A stretch of DNA of 64,000 bases, from contig CBFDEM010000014.1 of assembly GCA_965603825.1 (NCBI GenBank), positions 372,001 through 436,000 of the forward strand. The letters run 5' to 3'. A program made the position numbers and the translations under genes. The notes beneath the pieces were generated by a model that saw only the letters and a list, made by a program, of their open reading frames with translations, ran no database searches and was not told where the DNA came from. The stretch comes from Blepharisma stoltei ATCC 30299 (lineage: Eukaryota; Protista; Ciliophora). Shown piece after piece: positions 12,945 to 25,081 of the stretch. The first letter of the stretch is position 1, and each line of letters begins with the position of its first letter.

Positions 12945-13388
12945 ATGAAGGGAAAAGAAGGGTTTAATTTTACATTTTTTGAATGGGAAAATAAAGGAGT
13001 GTTTGAAAATCGAAATATTATCGTAAAACACCGCAAAGGACCGCTTTTATCGGAAAGAGAAGTTTTAAGGCCAATTCATAATAATTTCGAAGAAAATTCA
13101 AAATTGAAAAGTCGGCCTTTTACACAGAGAAATTATCGAATGAAGTCTATTGATAAACCTGATTTTTTGGATAATTTAGTTTCAAGCTCAAATAGAAATG
13201 AAATGATCCCTAGGTCTAAAAGTTTTATAAATTCAAAAATTGAACAAAGCATTTTTCGACATTTGAAAATGCACCCAAAAATAGCGAAAAGTGGCAAACT
13301 ACCACAGATATTAAGAAATGTAAATAGAAGTGACTGGACCTTAGATCAAAATCTCCCAATTATTGGAAGAAAGTTTAAAAGATTGTAA
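12945..13388 (+). CDS. Hypothetical basic protein
   Basis: Open frame from ATG 12945 to TAA; no recognisable domain. Confidence 0.55.
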   Translation: MKGKEGFNFTFFEWENKGVFENRNIIVKHRKGPLLSEREVLRPIHNNFEENSKLKSRPFTQRNYRMKSIDKPDFLDNLVSSSNRNEMIPRSKSFINSKIEQSIFRHLKMHPKIAKSGKLPQILRNVNRSDWTLDQNLPIIGRKFKRL

Positions 13389-13415
13389 GATTATTTTTCT
13401 TATTTGAATAATAGA

Positions 13416-13727
13416 TTAAGGGTTATTCTCTATAAAGTTTTTAATCCTCGCTAAGAGTTCTTCTTTCGCTTTAGGAGGAACTGTTGCACGAGCTCTTGGC
13501 TTGAGTTCTTCAACTAAGTCTGCAACAGTGATTCTGTCCAAGCCTTTGTTTCTTATTAGCTCTACTTAGCAGTTACCTTTGCAGTAATTTTTTAGTTCAT
13601 CTTTCCAGCCGCTTTCAACAAGTTTTTGTCGTAAGTATTCAAGAAGTCTTTCTTTTTCTCCAGTCTCAATTAATCGTTGCTCGATCGCTGCTTTTCTTTG
13701 CTGAAGGTTGAGCTCTTGTTGGTTCAT
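13416..13727 (-). CDS. ENY2: ENY2/Sus1 (SAGA DUB module / TREX-2), 98 aa, one intron; absent from the ORF track
   Basis: [79 protein letters not shown] after removing intron 13562-13576. Confidence 0.93.
13562..13576 (-). other. 15-nt spliceosomal intron GTAACTGCTAAGTAG
   Basis: Contains in-frame TAA; removal restores the ENY2 sequence. Confidence 0.92.
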
Positions 13728-13829
13728 TTAATATTTATTAAATAATTAAAACTGATTATTGATGAGAAGACTTGTAAAAGCAAAGGTAAGAATTAATTAT
13801 TCATTTAGAGTGTAAATTTATTAATATAA

Positions 13830-15567
13830 TTAAATTCTGCTTCTTTTCGAAAATTCTTGCAGTAAAAGCATTTTTTGGTTGCTATCCAAAATGTGTGTCT
13901 CCTCAGCCCAGTTCAGCACATCTTGAACTTTTCTTGCGACCTTATGAAACCTTTCTGTTGTTCTTGACAGCATGTGGACTTGATCCTTTCTCTCAATTTC
14001 AATCGTAGCCGGCCCTTTGAATATCTCAGGCTCCCCATCAATTTGTATGGGAATCTTCCCTCTTCCTTTTATTTCAATTGTGAAGCTCCTTCCTTGAGCT
14101 AATTTAATGGTTTGTGATAGTCCAACTTGGCATTCTCCTAGATGAAATGCACTGGTGACTCCTATAAGCTCGATCATATTATCATTTCTAAACTGCTTTC
14201 TCCATACAGCATATTCTTTTTTGCCAGGGCTTGTCACAGATTCACTGGCACTAGATTCTGACAGCATCTCAGAGTCTCCCCACATATCTACCCCACCTCC
14301 ATAGCTTTCAATATTTAGAAAAATGATTCCTTCTAAATTTGGCAGCTTTAGCTTAGCTCTGTCACATTTGACAGTCAGTCTACTGCTAAAATTCTTGCAC
14401 ATTCTATTGAAAAACTCTTTCCCTCCAAGTTGGCTATAAATTAATCGATTTCCGCTTCGGCTTTGAAAGAGATAAGGCCTACTTTCTCTGAGCGAATGAA
14501 AATCGTGTGCAATTTTTGCATCGACACCTAAGCCGAGATAGTTGCACATGATTTGAGATTTTTTTGACTTTGAGGTGCATATGGAAATATTTCAACGATC
14601 TAAATAAGTTGAATAGGCACTGAATAGTGATTTTAAGGAAATTTTAGAAACTTCTTTCATAGATTCAAAATTTTTGGATTCTCTGGAGCTAACTCCTTTA
14701 CCCCAGTTTAGTGTAAATGCAAGATCGTTTCCTGTACCAAGGGGGAAAATCCCCACAGGAGGAATTTCTTGTTCCCAATTTGATTCATCATATAAAAAGC
14801 TTAACAACCTCGAAACAGTCCCATCTCCTCCTGCTGCTAAAATTCTAAGATTTTTGATTCCTTGAAAAGCTTTCAATCTTTCTAATCCTCCTTGATAAAC
14901 ATTTAATACTTGAATAGGATTCAAAAACGAATAAAATGACCTTAATGCCATATGTCCAACTTGCCCTCCTGATTTCGGATTTATAACAACCACTACAGGA
15001 GTTGCCTTTGGGTTCAATTTTTTAATCTTCAAAGGATTCATCTGAACAAAAGCAGGCAAAATAGCATAGCTGGGAGGGCTACAAATTTTATCAGCAAATT
15101 CACAGCATTTTTGATGAACCGTTTTTTGGCATCATAAGCATTGGAAACTTTTTATTTCATATGCACTCCCACACAAAGAATTGCACCTTATACATTTCGC
15201 AGTTAGAGGTAAATAAATTTCTTGCCATTGATGATAGAAGAAATCGGTAAAAGTGTTTTCACTAACTTGCTTACAACCTTTGAGATTTCTGGAGCATAAA
15301 AGATGAGATGAAACTTGGCAAACTTGACATTGAACTCCATTTAATTGGAATCAGCCATCTAAATTTTTATTGCAAAACTAAAATAAATTTTACGATGCAA
15401 GTCGATAATGAGGTTTGAGATATTGAAACCCACTGATGGTCTCCTGGAACTGTTGAGGGCTTGTGGTCTCGCAATGAAAGATTTCGTCCAGAAACTTTTA
15501 CAATTATAAATCAAGCAAGAGAAGCAATAATCAGACCTCATAAGATAAGTCAAAAGTTTCATTCCAT
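13830..15567 (-). CDS. Diacylglycerol kinase, DGK-epsilon-like (N-terminal TM, two C1 domains, catalytic and accessory domains), 573 aa
   Basis: ATG 15567 MEWNFWLILWGLIIASLAW (4 TGA); C1 HQW...CIFC...CQVC...H...C; INPKSGG, GGDGT, PLGTGNDL, NYLGLGVDA, QIDGEP; needs 16-nt intron 15378-15393. Confidence 0.9.
15378..15393 (-). other. 16-nt intron GTAAAATTTATTTTAG
   Basis: Removal shifts the frame and restores the C1 CxxC (TCI/FCN). Confidence 0.88.
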
Positions 15568-15864
15568 ATTTTAAAATATTATTTAAGTGTTTAATTGCTA
15601 ATTTGTCTAAAAATATCCAAGCTGATAGCTGTTTATTAAAATATATTTCTATTTAAGTAGATTTTGCAATTGCTCATTAAAAATAAACTTTATATGTACT
15701 CAGTTAATTTCTTTTAAATCGCAAAAATCTTTAATTTTATCAAATTTCATTAAGCAAACAAATTTTGTTGAATTTAGAGGAAGATTTCGAATAATCTCAA
15801 CAATTTCTACTCGACTATAACCTTTATCCTTTATATGATCACCTTATTTTTCTGATATTTATAA

Positions 15865-16650
15865 ATGCTAAGCTTATTCAACAAATATCTTGCTCGGATG
15901 AGGCTTGATAGTCCAATATTTGGAAATAAAAACATTTTTATGCTGATCCTCGACTACCTTGAAGGCGAAGATCTTTACCATTGCCAATGTGTCTGCTTCG
16001 CATGAAAGGAGACTATAATATCAAACCCAATTCTTGAGGTGCGTCTCTTAAGATTTACAATGTCCAAAAGCAACGCTGCTATAGAAAATTTACGCAGACA
16101 AGTCATAGAACAGCCAAAATCTCGAAACGACAATAATTTCAATTTTTCCTCAGACAGGTTTTCTATGATTCCAAAATTTTTACCAAAACCCAATGTTTCA
16201 GCAAAGAATATTCCAAAAGAAAAGACCCTAAAAAATGATGAAAAACTTAATGAATGGAATGATTTTATTAATTATTTTTATGTCTATGCAAAAGATAAAG
16301 GATTTCTTATTAAGAAAAAGAGGGATTTTAAGCGGGAAGATGATTTTAGAGAGTATGAAAAGCAATTCAGTGAAGTATACAAAGAGTATGCAAATCACGT
16401 GAATGAAGCTAGAAGAAGAGAAAAGTTAGAAATGAAAAAAATGCCTATAAAAAACGAGTGCAGGTTCAAATTATTTAAACAAAACTCGCTAAAAGATATC
16501 ATTTCATCAAAATACAGAGATATTATGTTTGGCTTAGGAACGAGCTTTCATATCATGACTGATTTTAAGTACTTCCATGTTCCGTCATCAAAACCTGCAG
16601 AAATGCCAAAATTAAAGAAAGTTGAGATTGGCATGGAACATGTTCTTTAA
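15865..16650 (+). CDS. F-box protein, 261 aa
   Basis: Upstream extension through TGA gives IFMLILDYLEGEDLYHCQCVCFA-W-KETI, an F-box consensus; ATG 15865 follows an in-frame TAA. Confidence 0.7.
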
Positions 16651-16740
16651 AAATAAATAATTTTATTTTAGATCTATGATCCAGCCATCCAATTATCTCA
16701 TCTTATATAGCCCTATGTGAGTTTAAATTATACAAATCTA

Positions 16741-18735
16741 CTATATTAATTGATTAATGAACGAGCGGTCACGGCCACGCTTATTATTTACATCAGTTCG
16801 TGATTTTCTCAGTTCATGCATAGAATCACTATGCCTTCTTTTATCAGCAATCACAGTACTTCTCCTCCTTTGTCTTGCAACCAGCGAATTTTCAAGAACC
16901 ATCGAATACACAATATTCTATATAAAGCTTACAGTATCTTTGCTAAATCCCACACTCTTTTTGATATCAATAATATCAGCGAAGAAAGTTGAATCGCCGT
17001 TTCCTTTGCCTAGCATCAGCCTTTCCTTTCTATCACTCGATAATGAATTCAAAGATTTCGCGCTGTCTCCTAGCTTGTTTTTTAGCATTTGTTTTACCTG
17101 ATGGCTAAGGTCAAATCCTCTGCCTTGAAGAGCTTTTTTGTCGTTTTTGATTTGCAAAAGCCTATCGATTTCCTCATCAACCTCTTCTACTGTTTTTATA
17201 TTTGGGTCTTTGGGGCATTCCGAAAAAGAGTGTCCGATACCATTGCAGCACTATGTTAAAGTTACGGGGCAAGTGACTGAGCTTTTGATCCTGCTTATTT
17301 CTCGCTGCATAACTTTTTCTTCTTCGTCTGATTTAGAAACATGCTTTGAGAGTTGGCAGCCTGGAGCTTGAACCCCAGTTTGGCCGCAGCATCACCAGAT
17401 TTCTCCAGAATATAAGCTTATGTGGTTTTTGCATGATCAATTAAAATTATCTTTTTCCATATACACTTTTTTGCATTTATTGCATAGTTTTTCTTCAGTT
17501 TCATCTGTATCATGATTCTTTGCATTGTATTTTTTCAATTTTAATCTCAATCTTTCATATTCTTCAGATAGAAGGACAAGCTTGCAATCAGAGTCTTGGA
17601 ATTTGAGTTTATATTTATCTTTTTCTTCAACAGCGTTTTTTAAATTTGTGTTAAATGAACTAATTTTTTCTTTAAATTTAGCAAGGATTTTATCTCGATC
17701 TTTTAGTGTTTTATCTGTGATTTTAGCCATATCAATAATTTCTTCTCTAAGCTCATTTCTTTCATATAATAAAGTTTCAGCTGTTTTTATTTGACTTTTA
17801 TAATCTTCACTAATTGTTTTGACAATTTTAGCTGCTATGGATAATTGATTTTGCAATAGTTCCGACATGCTTTTTTCTTTAGTGAGCTCTGAAAAACTAT
17901 TATACAAGCCGCGAAGTCGCTCCCCTATCACAAGATTTTCTGTTGCGATCAAATCATTTACATGTGAAAGTTCAAGAGCTTTCCCTTTAGAGTCAGAATC
18001 AAAATTATCGAAAAATTCATAATCTTTGCCTGAGGTTGCATTACTTTGTTCTGTATCTACCCTGGTTGATAAATTATCATTATTTTGGCACTGCAATTTG
18101 TATTCTTCAAGCTGGGGAGTTACCAACTTTAACTGAAGCTCATATTTTTGCGAATTTTTAATTGACTGCGTCGTTTGGAATTTTAGAAGCTCAAAATTCA
18201 TATAAAGATCGTCATATTTATTTTTAAGCTCGTTGAATTCTTTTTCTATCAAAATCTTCGATTGCTCAATTAGTTTTACACTTTCATTAGCAGTTCTTAA
18301 GTCTTCTCGTGCTTGCTCTAACTCATTAGCAAGTTTTACGCTAAGCTTTAGTTCTCCATAAACAGTATTATCAAACGTGCTGTCTAAATTTTCTAGCTTT
18401 TCTTTATTTAGTGATATATTAAGACCATCATGCATTGACTTTGATTCTGGGAAGTTTTTAGGCTTCGTTTTATCAAACATAGGAAGCAGATATTGCTTAA
18501 TTACAAGTGCAGCGGTTTCAGGTGGAATATTGTATGCTGGGTTTCTATTTTTTCTTAATTTTATTCTTGTCATAATCGATTCTGTTGTTGATTCGGTCGC
18601 TGCTTGTAACGAAGGTAGCTTGCATTTTAAGTTTTTTTTAAAATTGGCAACATATGAGATTGATGAGCTACTCAAAGGGCTGATAACTTGCGGCCTTGAA
18701 AATGAATATGATTTGTTCAATTTGGAATAGTCCAT
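16741..18735 (-). CDS. Coiled-coil protein with a Cys/His zinc-binding module and a CCHC knuckle, ~654 aa, two introns
   Basis: Read through TGA: CNKC...NFNWSCKNH...WWCCG...PGC...H, then CPCCNGIGHSFSEC after intron 17251-17265; second intron 16918-16932; TAG 16741-16743. Confidence 0.75.
16918..16932 (-). other. 15-nt intron GTAAGCTTTATATAG
   Basis: Matches the consensus, has an in-frame TAG, and the frame stays open downstream. Confidence 0.75.
17251..17265 (-). other. 15-nt intron GTAACTTTAACATAG
   Basis: Removal builds a Cx2Cx4Hx4C knuckle. Confidence 0.88.
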
Positions 18736-18796
18736 AGTTTAATTACATAAAACCTAAAAAATATTATAGAATTCAATATTTATTATTTTTTGATTT

Positions 18797-19687
18797 ATGA
18801 TGATAGAAAAAGAGAGCACCCTGATTACCTTTGTACCTAAATCCAAGCAATGCATAGTAACAAACGTCAGAAATCTTGAAAGTAGAAAATTAGTTATTCC
18901 AGAACTTGAAAACATAGGTAGTTTGTCTGAAGAGTTAAATTCTCTATGCTTACTTAATGACAATAGAGCCTTTTGCTATAGCACTAGAATAAACGGAGAG
19001 CAGCCTGGACAGATTTTTATTATTGACTATGTGAATAGAAATATAGAAAGAAGGCCTGATAGTCAGCGCATTTCCTATGGAGCTAGAGGAATTTTTTACC
19101 AAGAAACTGACTCAGTTTACATATTTGGAGGAGTGCTTTCAAAAAGTGCTTTTAAATATTCATTAAGAAGCGAAAATTGAACTGAGTTAAGCTCTATGGA
19201 AGCTGAGTCTCACACATGCTCGTGTGCTTTATTTGGAGACAATATCGTATATTCAGGATATCTACATACAAATTTGTATATTTATTCGATATCTAATGAT
19301 TGTCATTACGCTTTCAGAAGTTCAGAAGAATATCCAAGTATTCCAAATCTAACCCAAAATTCAGCAAAGATTGTTACTGTTAATAGTAATAGAATATTCA
19401 TTATCGATGCCCTTGGGTTTATTTATGAAAGCCACGAGTGTTCAGCTTCAGAATGGACAATATTAGCAAAATCACGTATTAATTACGGATATCTCATGTC
19501 GTATATTTTTCCATATAATAAATCCATTTACTTCGTTATTCAAAATGCGCTTTACGAGTTTTGCTTTGGGACAAATATTGGCGACAAGCGAGTCAGGCTA
19601 AAGATTCAAGACATCTCAAAAATAGAGGAAAACAGTATAGAAAATGATAAAAAAGAGAAAGAGGAAGAGGATAAAAGGATCAATTAA
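18797..19687 (+). CDS. Kelch-like beta-propeller protein, 296 aa
   Basis: VYIFGG...AFKYSLRSEN-W-TELSSM (TGA 19178-19180 at the Kelch Trp); the two ORFs are in frame. Confidence 0.72.
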
Positions 19688-19710
19688 TAGTGAACTAATA
19701 ATATTAACAA

Positions 19711-20913
19711 ATGGAAAACCCTTTTTATTCGTCAAGCTTAAAGGAGAACAATTATATCACCTCCAAAGCCGATTATACAAATGGAAATTTCGAAAGGAGA
19801 ACGCCTCCAAGCGATGATAATGTTTCAATTTCAATTTTTAACCCTACAATAAAAGAAGGGTTCAGAAAATATGTCATTTATACGATATCAGGGCTCGATT
19901 TGCAAGGTACTTTTGAAGCGTATCGAAGATACAAAGATTTTATCCGGTTGAGGACTTTGCTTGTGCAGCATTGGCCTGGGTGTTTCATCCCACATATTCC
20001 TCCAAAGAAAATGCTGGTAAATAACACATAGGGAAATTTGCAATCAAATTTCATAGAACAGAGGCGCAAACTTCTTGAACTTTTTTTAAACAAAATCGTA
20101 TCGATTTCTTATCTTTACCATTCCCAAGAATTTCACATGTTTATAAGAGGCCCTAACGAATATCATAAGACAACATCAGAATTCCGGAGAATTTCACTGA
20201 TTCAGCTATCACAAACCTATTTGTCAGTCTTTGCAGACTCTCCTAGAGTAACGCCAGAGGAAATTGCAACAATTGATGAATCTTATAATTATTTTAAAAA
20301 AGCTTTATACGAGATGGAATTAGTTTTTGCAGCTTGTCTGAGGAGCTTAGAAACTTTTGCAGAGTATGAAGAGCACTTAACACCACTTATGAATGGGTTA
20401 AAAGATGTAAATAGTTTATATGTGCTATTAGGCTGCAAAGAGTTTAGAGTGCTAACTCGAGAAATCTATACGAACCCGTATTTTATGCTTCTAGATTATT
20501 TAAAAAGCGAAATCATGGACTTAAAAGCTATTATAGAAGCCATACATAAAAAAAAAGCGTATGATAGGATAACAACGAAGGCTGAAGAAAGGCTAGAAAA
20601 TGAAAGGAAAAAACTACAGAAAATCCAGCAGGGGAATAAATCTTTAGCAATGATAATTACAAACAAGCCAAAAGATGCTGTTGTTGAAAAGCTTTCAAGT
20701 GACATAGCTGAACTTGAAAATGAACTTCAAGCAATTTATAGCATAACGAGAATAATATCGTCTCAGTTGTTTAGCCATGAAATACCAAGGTTTAAAAAAG
20801 AAAAAATATATCGATTTGAAACAGTTATGAGGACGTTTTTAAGTGCAAATATTCAAGAATTGGAAAGTCTGATTGCTCAGACTCAAAAAATAGATAATGC
20901 CTTTAATAGTTAA
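19711..20913 (+). CDS. Sorting nexin (PX domain plus BAR-like helical region), 395 aa, one intron
   Basis: RRYKDF...WPGCFIPHIPPKKML/GNLQSNFIEQRRKLLELFL. Confidence 0.88.
20017..20031 (+). other. 15-nt intron GTAAATAACACATAG
   Basis: In-frame TAG; removal restores the PX motif PPKKMLGN. Confidence 0.9.
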
Positions 20914-20948
20914 TTAATTATAAATTAAAATAAATTAGCTTGCTAACT

Positions 20949-22589
20949 ATGAGTGAAGATTATCAATACCAACATAAGTATAATCCTTCAACAACAAGCC
21001 AAGTTTCGCCTGATAATTTTTACAATGTTATTAGTGTTTTTAACACCCCTAAATACGACAAATCAACGTCAAAAGAGTACTCTTTTAGGGACCGCAAAAC
21101 TCTTCTTATAACTGAACTAGAAGAACTTGATTCCAAATTTTCTGAGTTTGAAAATGTAAAATCAAAGTTTCCTCCTCTACGGCTTCCTAAAAAGAGAAAA
21201 AAACTATCGAAAAGTTACAAAAAATCAAGCACTGAAAGGAAGAAAAAAGAAGAGATTTCTCCAAATAGATCTTATAGAATTCCCAAATCGCTGCTCCCTA
21301 CAGAACCTCCCAATTTTGTGGTAGGGGCTATTTCTACTCATCATTTAGGCCCTGGATCATATTCATTTGATAAAACCGATAAGCTTGTAGGAGGAATTAT
21401 ATCATCAGGCCCTAGATTTGAATATGATTTTCAAGGAAAAGTTGATAATTTTTTTTCTCATAAGAGAGCAGTCTCTGAAAAGCCAACAGAAGTTTCTTTC
21501 AGAAATAAAGATTTATCTCAGTTTTCTCCTGAAAATAAAATTGTGGCCTTACAGTCAAAAGCAAGAGTTAATGAAATTAGACTCCAGATCCAAAAAAGGA
21601 CTAAAGAATTGTTATTGGAAAATGAAAAGTCAGAAAGAGAGCAAAATTATTTAACAAAGCTAACAAAATTAGACTGAAGGATGAAGAAGCCTGAAATGAC
21701 TAAAATTGCAGGCTCATGAATAATTTTGGCTGGAATTTTTTCTGTTCTGTCAATTCTCCGATATAAGAAAAGACATAGAAAAGTAATTATTATTTAGATT
21801 CTTCGGTATAGATCAAAGCATCATCTATTTTTCCTTTATTGATTGTTCAGGTTTATTGGGAAAATTAGACTTCGAGTATTAAATTATAGACGATCGAAGC
21901 TTGCAAAAGCATTAAAAAAAAATTTTAAAACTATATTGCGATGATTCTACAAAAGAAAGGAAACCTTTAGAATAACTGTTGACTATTCTATTGAGCGAGC
22001 GCTACTTTGCAACTACATGTTTGAGCTGATGGCTAGGTTCAGACTGAAACAATTGAAAATACAAAGAAAAATAAGGCAGTTTCTAGATATAAAGCGAGCA
22101 AGATTTACAGTTTTGCGATTGATGTGAGAAAAAAATGCAAGTATTGTCGAGACAAAGAAATCGTTTAAATCAAAAAATCAAAAACTTAAAGGGAAAATTT
22201 CAACTCAAATAAGAGAAGAATATATCAAAAAATATTATACTGAGCAATGCAAAGCATATATTTCACAATTGAGTGAATACCATAAAACTTGTGAAATCAT
22301 TAAACAAAACTTGGAAAAGGCAAATAAGCCTAAAGAATTATACGATTATATTTTCGAAAAGAAAGAAGACAGCCAGCCTACATATCCGGATTATCCAGTT
22401 TTTAAAATTTATTCAAATTCGCATGCTATGAGGGTTCTTATCGTTCAGGCTTTTGAGCAAAGCAAAAATTCAAAAATCAGCACTCAAGCGATAAAAGAGT
22501 TTTTAGATAGATCTAAAAATGCTGGGACACCTTTAAGATTCAATGAATTTTATTTAACTCTCGACCCAACTCCTAAAAATAAGACATAA
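20949..22589 (+). CDS. Hypothetical basic protein with one PG-rich GPGSY motif, ~541 aa, one intron
   Basis: ORFs 20940-21677 and 22269-22589 join via several TGA and intron 21783-21797. Confidence 0.65.
21783..21797 (+). other. 15-nt intron GTAATTATTATTTAG
   Basis: Matches the consensus; carries the only in-frame TAG in a long frame. Confidence 0.82.
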
Positions 22590-22641
22590 TCTAATGAATT
22601 TTTTAATATAATAATCTCTCAATCATTTAGCAATGATTCCT

Positions 22642-23229
22642 TTAGTTTATTCCAAAGAATTTATCTAAAGCGTTTTTCAGCATTGGTTTTACATTGCCAG
22701 TTTTTCCACCCCATGAAATTGCTCCTAAAGATAGCGAAAACATCAAAACATGTGCGAAGGGCAGAGAAATTACCAACTGTCTCCTCTTCAAAAACTTCCA
22801 TAAAGCATCAAAAAAGCGAGGGAGAATGTATAAAGTCATCTCACAAATCCTATCAGGGGTTTCTATCAAAGCTGCTGGCATTGTCGCAATTCCACACCAA
22901 AGTACGCAGGTCCAATGAGCTCTATTATAAAGCCGCACAAAAATACAAGAGATGAGTTTACTGAATGCGACCATAGCGCTAAGCATTAAGCTTGATCTTG
23001 TCATTGATTTCCCTGCAAGATATAACGTTCTTTGTGGATTCCTTCTAAGAGATTTGTGCTTCAGCAAGAGCTGTACAACATTAAGAGGAAGATAAAACTT
23101 AAGAGCAATCAGCATTGATTTTATGAAATATTTGAGCACGTGAATTGAACAGCTGCCAGAGTGTAAATCTTTGCAGCAGAATGGGGCCAATCCATTTGCG
23201 ATTGCAGTCAATTCCTCTTCAGAAGCCAT
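22642..23229 (-). CDS. TMEM135/PMP52-like membrane protein, 195 aa
   Basis: H..SC...ALKFYLPL, RSSLML, IETPDRICEMTLYILPR resemble the TMEM135 repeat unit. Confidence 0.72.
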   Translation of the reverse strand: MASEEELTAIANGLAPFCCKDLHSGSCSIHVLKYFIKSMLIALKFYLPLNVVQLLLKHKSLRRNPQRTLYLAGKSMTRSSLMLSAMVAFSKLISCIFVRLYNRAHWTCVLWCGIATMPAALIETPDRICEMTLYILPRFFDALWKFLKRRQLVISLPFAHVLMFSLSLGAISWGGKTGNVKPMLKNALDKFFGIN

Positions 23230-23457
23230 TATTTAAAAATAATGCTTTTCCTTTTCATTGATTTCAGTTTATTAACAAATATTCTAGAAAATTGGATATT
23301 GATTTGGGTTTTATAATCATAAAAAATCTGATAGAAATTGAAAAGTAATTATTCAAAAAATGCGAAATTATCGTTTGCATTTCAATTATTTATGATTTGA
23401 GTGCATTATTTTTAAGATTGCATAAATAAAAGAGATATTTAAATAGGCTTATCAAAA

Positions 23458-23739
23458 ATGAAAAAGGTTTTATTTTGCGCTTTGATTGCTTTGGCTTTTT
23501 GCTGTAAAGTGTATTCTGATTGTGGAGAAGGCGAGGTTTGTGATTGGGGAGTTTGCTATGGATCGCCGAGGGAATTATTTGAACCTTGTAGTCGAGAATA
23601 TCCATGCGGAGAGAACTTAAGCTGCGAGCTTGGAAGATGCTATAATATTCCTCGAAATATATATGAGCCTTGTGAAAGTGAGCTATGCAAATTTGGATTA
23701 GAGTGTGATGGAGATTTAAAGTTCTGCGTTTCTGCCTAA
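23458..23739 (+). CDS. Small secreted cysteine-rich protein, 93 aa, three 4-Cys repeats
   Basis: Signal peptide MKKVLFCALIALAF; repeats Cx5Cx5Cx4C linked by PRxxxEP; GC-richer than its flanks. Confidence 0.82.
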   Translation: MKKVLFCALIALAFCCKVYSDCGEGEVCDWGVCYGSPRELFEPCSREYPCGENLSCELGRCYNIPRNIYEPCESELCKFGLECDGDLKFCVSA

Positions 23740-24364
23740 TGATCAACATATAATTAAAAATTTCATTGAAAATTCTACCTAGTGTTTTCGATCTCTCATC
23801 ATTGAGATAAATATTCATACCTGAAAACATAAAGATAGTAAATATTCTAGGGATTTAGACAATAGATGAGATACAGCTTAATTTATTGATAATTAAACAA
23901 AATCATGGACAAGAATTTGATAAATCATTTTGTTAGATTGCAAGAATTTTAGCTACTCATATCGAGAATTACTTTTTTAAAAAATTAATATAGAAATTAT
24001 ATTAGGTTTTAAACAAAAGAAAAATTTAGTTTACTTATAAGTTGTTGTTTTAGAATAATTCTTAAAATTAAATAAATAGCTGAAGATATTCAATTTATTA
24101 GCAATTAATTATATAAAAACAGAGAATCTTATTTTTCCAAAAACATGAGGACTTTTCAGTTGGATATCTCTCATCAAAAGCACTAAAATATTCACCATTA
24201 AGAGCAAAATCGAATTAAAATAAGGTATTCGTTAAATTTTATGCATTACAATAAAGTTAGAGTTGGATAAAGCATAATTTTTCCTAATATGAAATAATAT
24301 TTAATTATTAAATTTAAATTTGATTTATCTTATTACCATTGAAGGTCAGTATTGAATTTTTAAT

Positions 24365-25081
24365 ATGGCGATTAAAAATACTATGTGTATTCTCAAAAGA
24401 AATGACGAAATCTGTAACCACTATGAATGCCACCTACATTACTCCTTACAAGAGAACTCAGTAAGCAGCATGAATTTTATGGTTCTCGAAGCAATGAGCA
24501 GAAACAGTATGGCGATCTCGAACTTATGCGATAACCATTTAAAGATCATGAACGAGATTAATTCCTTAAAGCAAATTTGCTCTCAAATCCGTGATTCGAT
24601 ATCGGTGGATGAGCAAATTTTGCCAGACCAAAATTTGATAGTCAGAAGAGCACTTCTTATGGTCAAAGAAAATTATGATTTTCCTATTCGGCTTGAACTT
24701 GATAAAACTTTCCCATCAAAAATATGCAAGGAAAGAGGATTCAAACTTAGTTTCCACTTAGAAAATAACGGGAACCAAGCAATTAAAACGCAAAGAAATG
24801 CAAAATTTAATATATTTTTAGTCACTCATAATGAACCTCCAATTGTTCTGGATAAAAATTTAAGTGGGAAATCCATTCTGAGAGGAACTCATGAAGCAGC
24901 TGAAAATGAAAACGGTCATATTCAGTTTTCTAATATAGTCGTTAATGAAGTGTCTTCTCATTACAAGGAAAATTCTTTTATTTTTATTGTCTTGTGCCTC
25001 AGTAACTTAAATATAAAGCCATTTATAAAATGAAACCTCAATATAAGGGCAAGACAAGCGTTAAAGAACCGAAGGCGATAA
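24365..25081 (+). CDS. Hypothetical protein, possibly with a CudA/CBP60-like beta-sandwich DNA-binding domain, 238 aa
   Basis: Read through TGA 25031-25033 to TAA 25079-25081; C-terminal ILRG...GHIQFSNIVVNEVSSHY...FIFIV pattern; domain call tentative. Confidence 0.55.

Noticed and set aside
15359-15562. 67-aa ORF at the DGK 5' end
   Set aside because: Wrong frame; the frame from ATG 15567 with TGA=Trp and a 16-nt intron yields the TM and C1 domains
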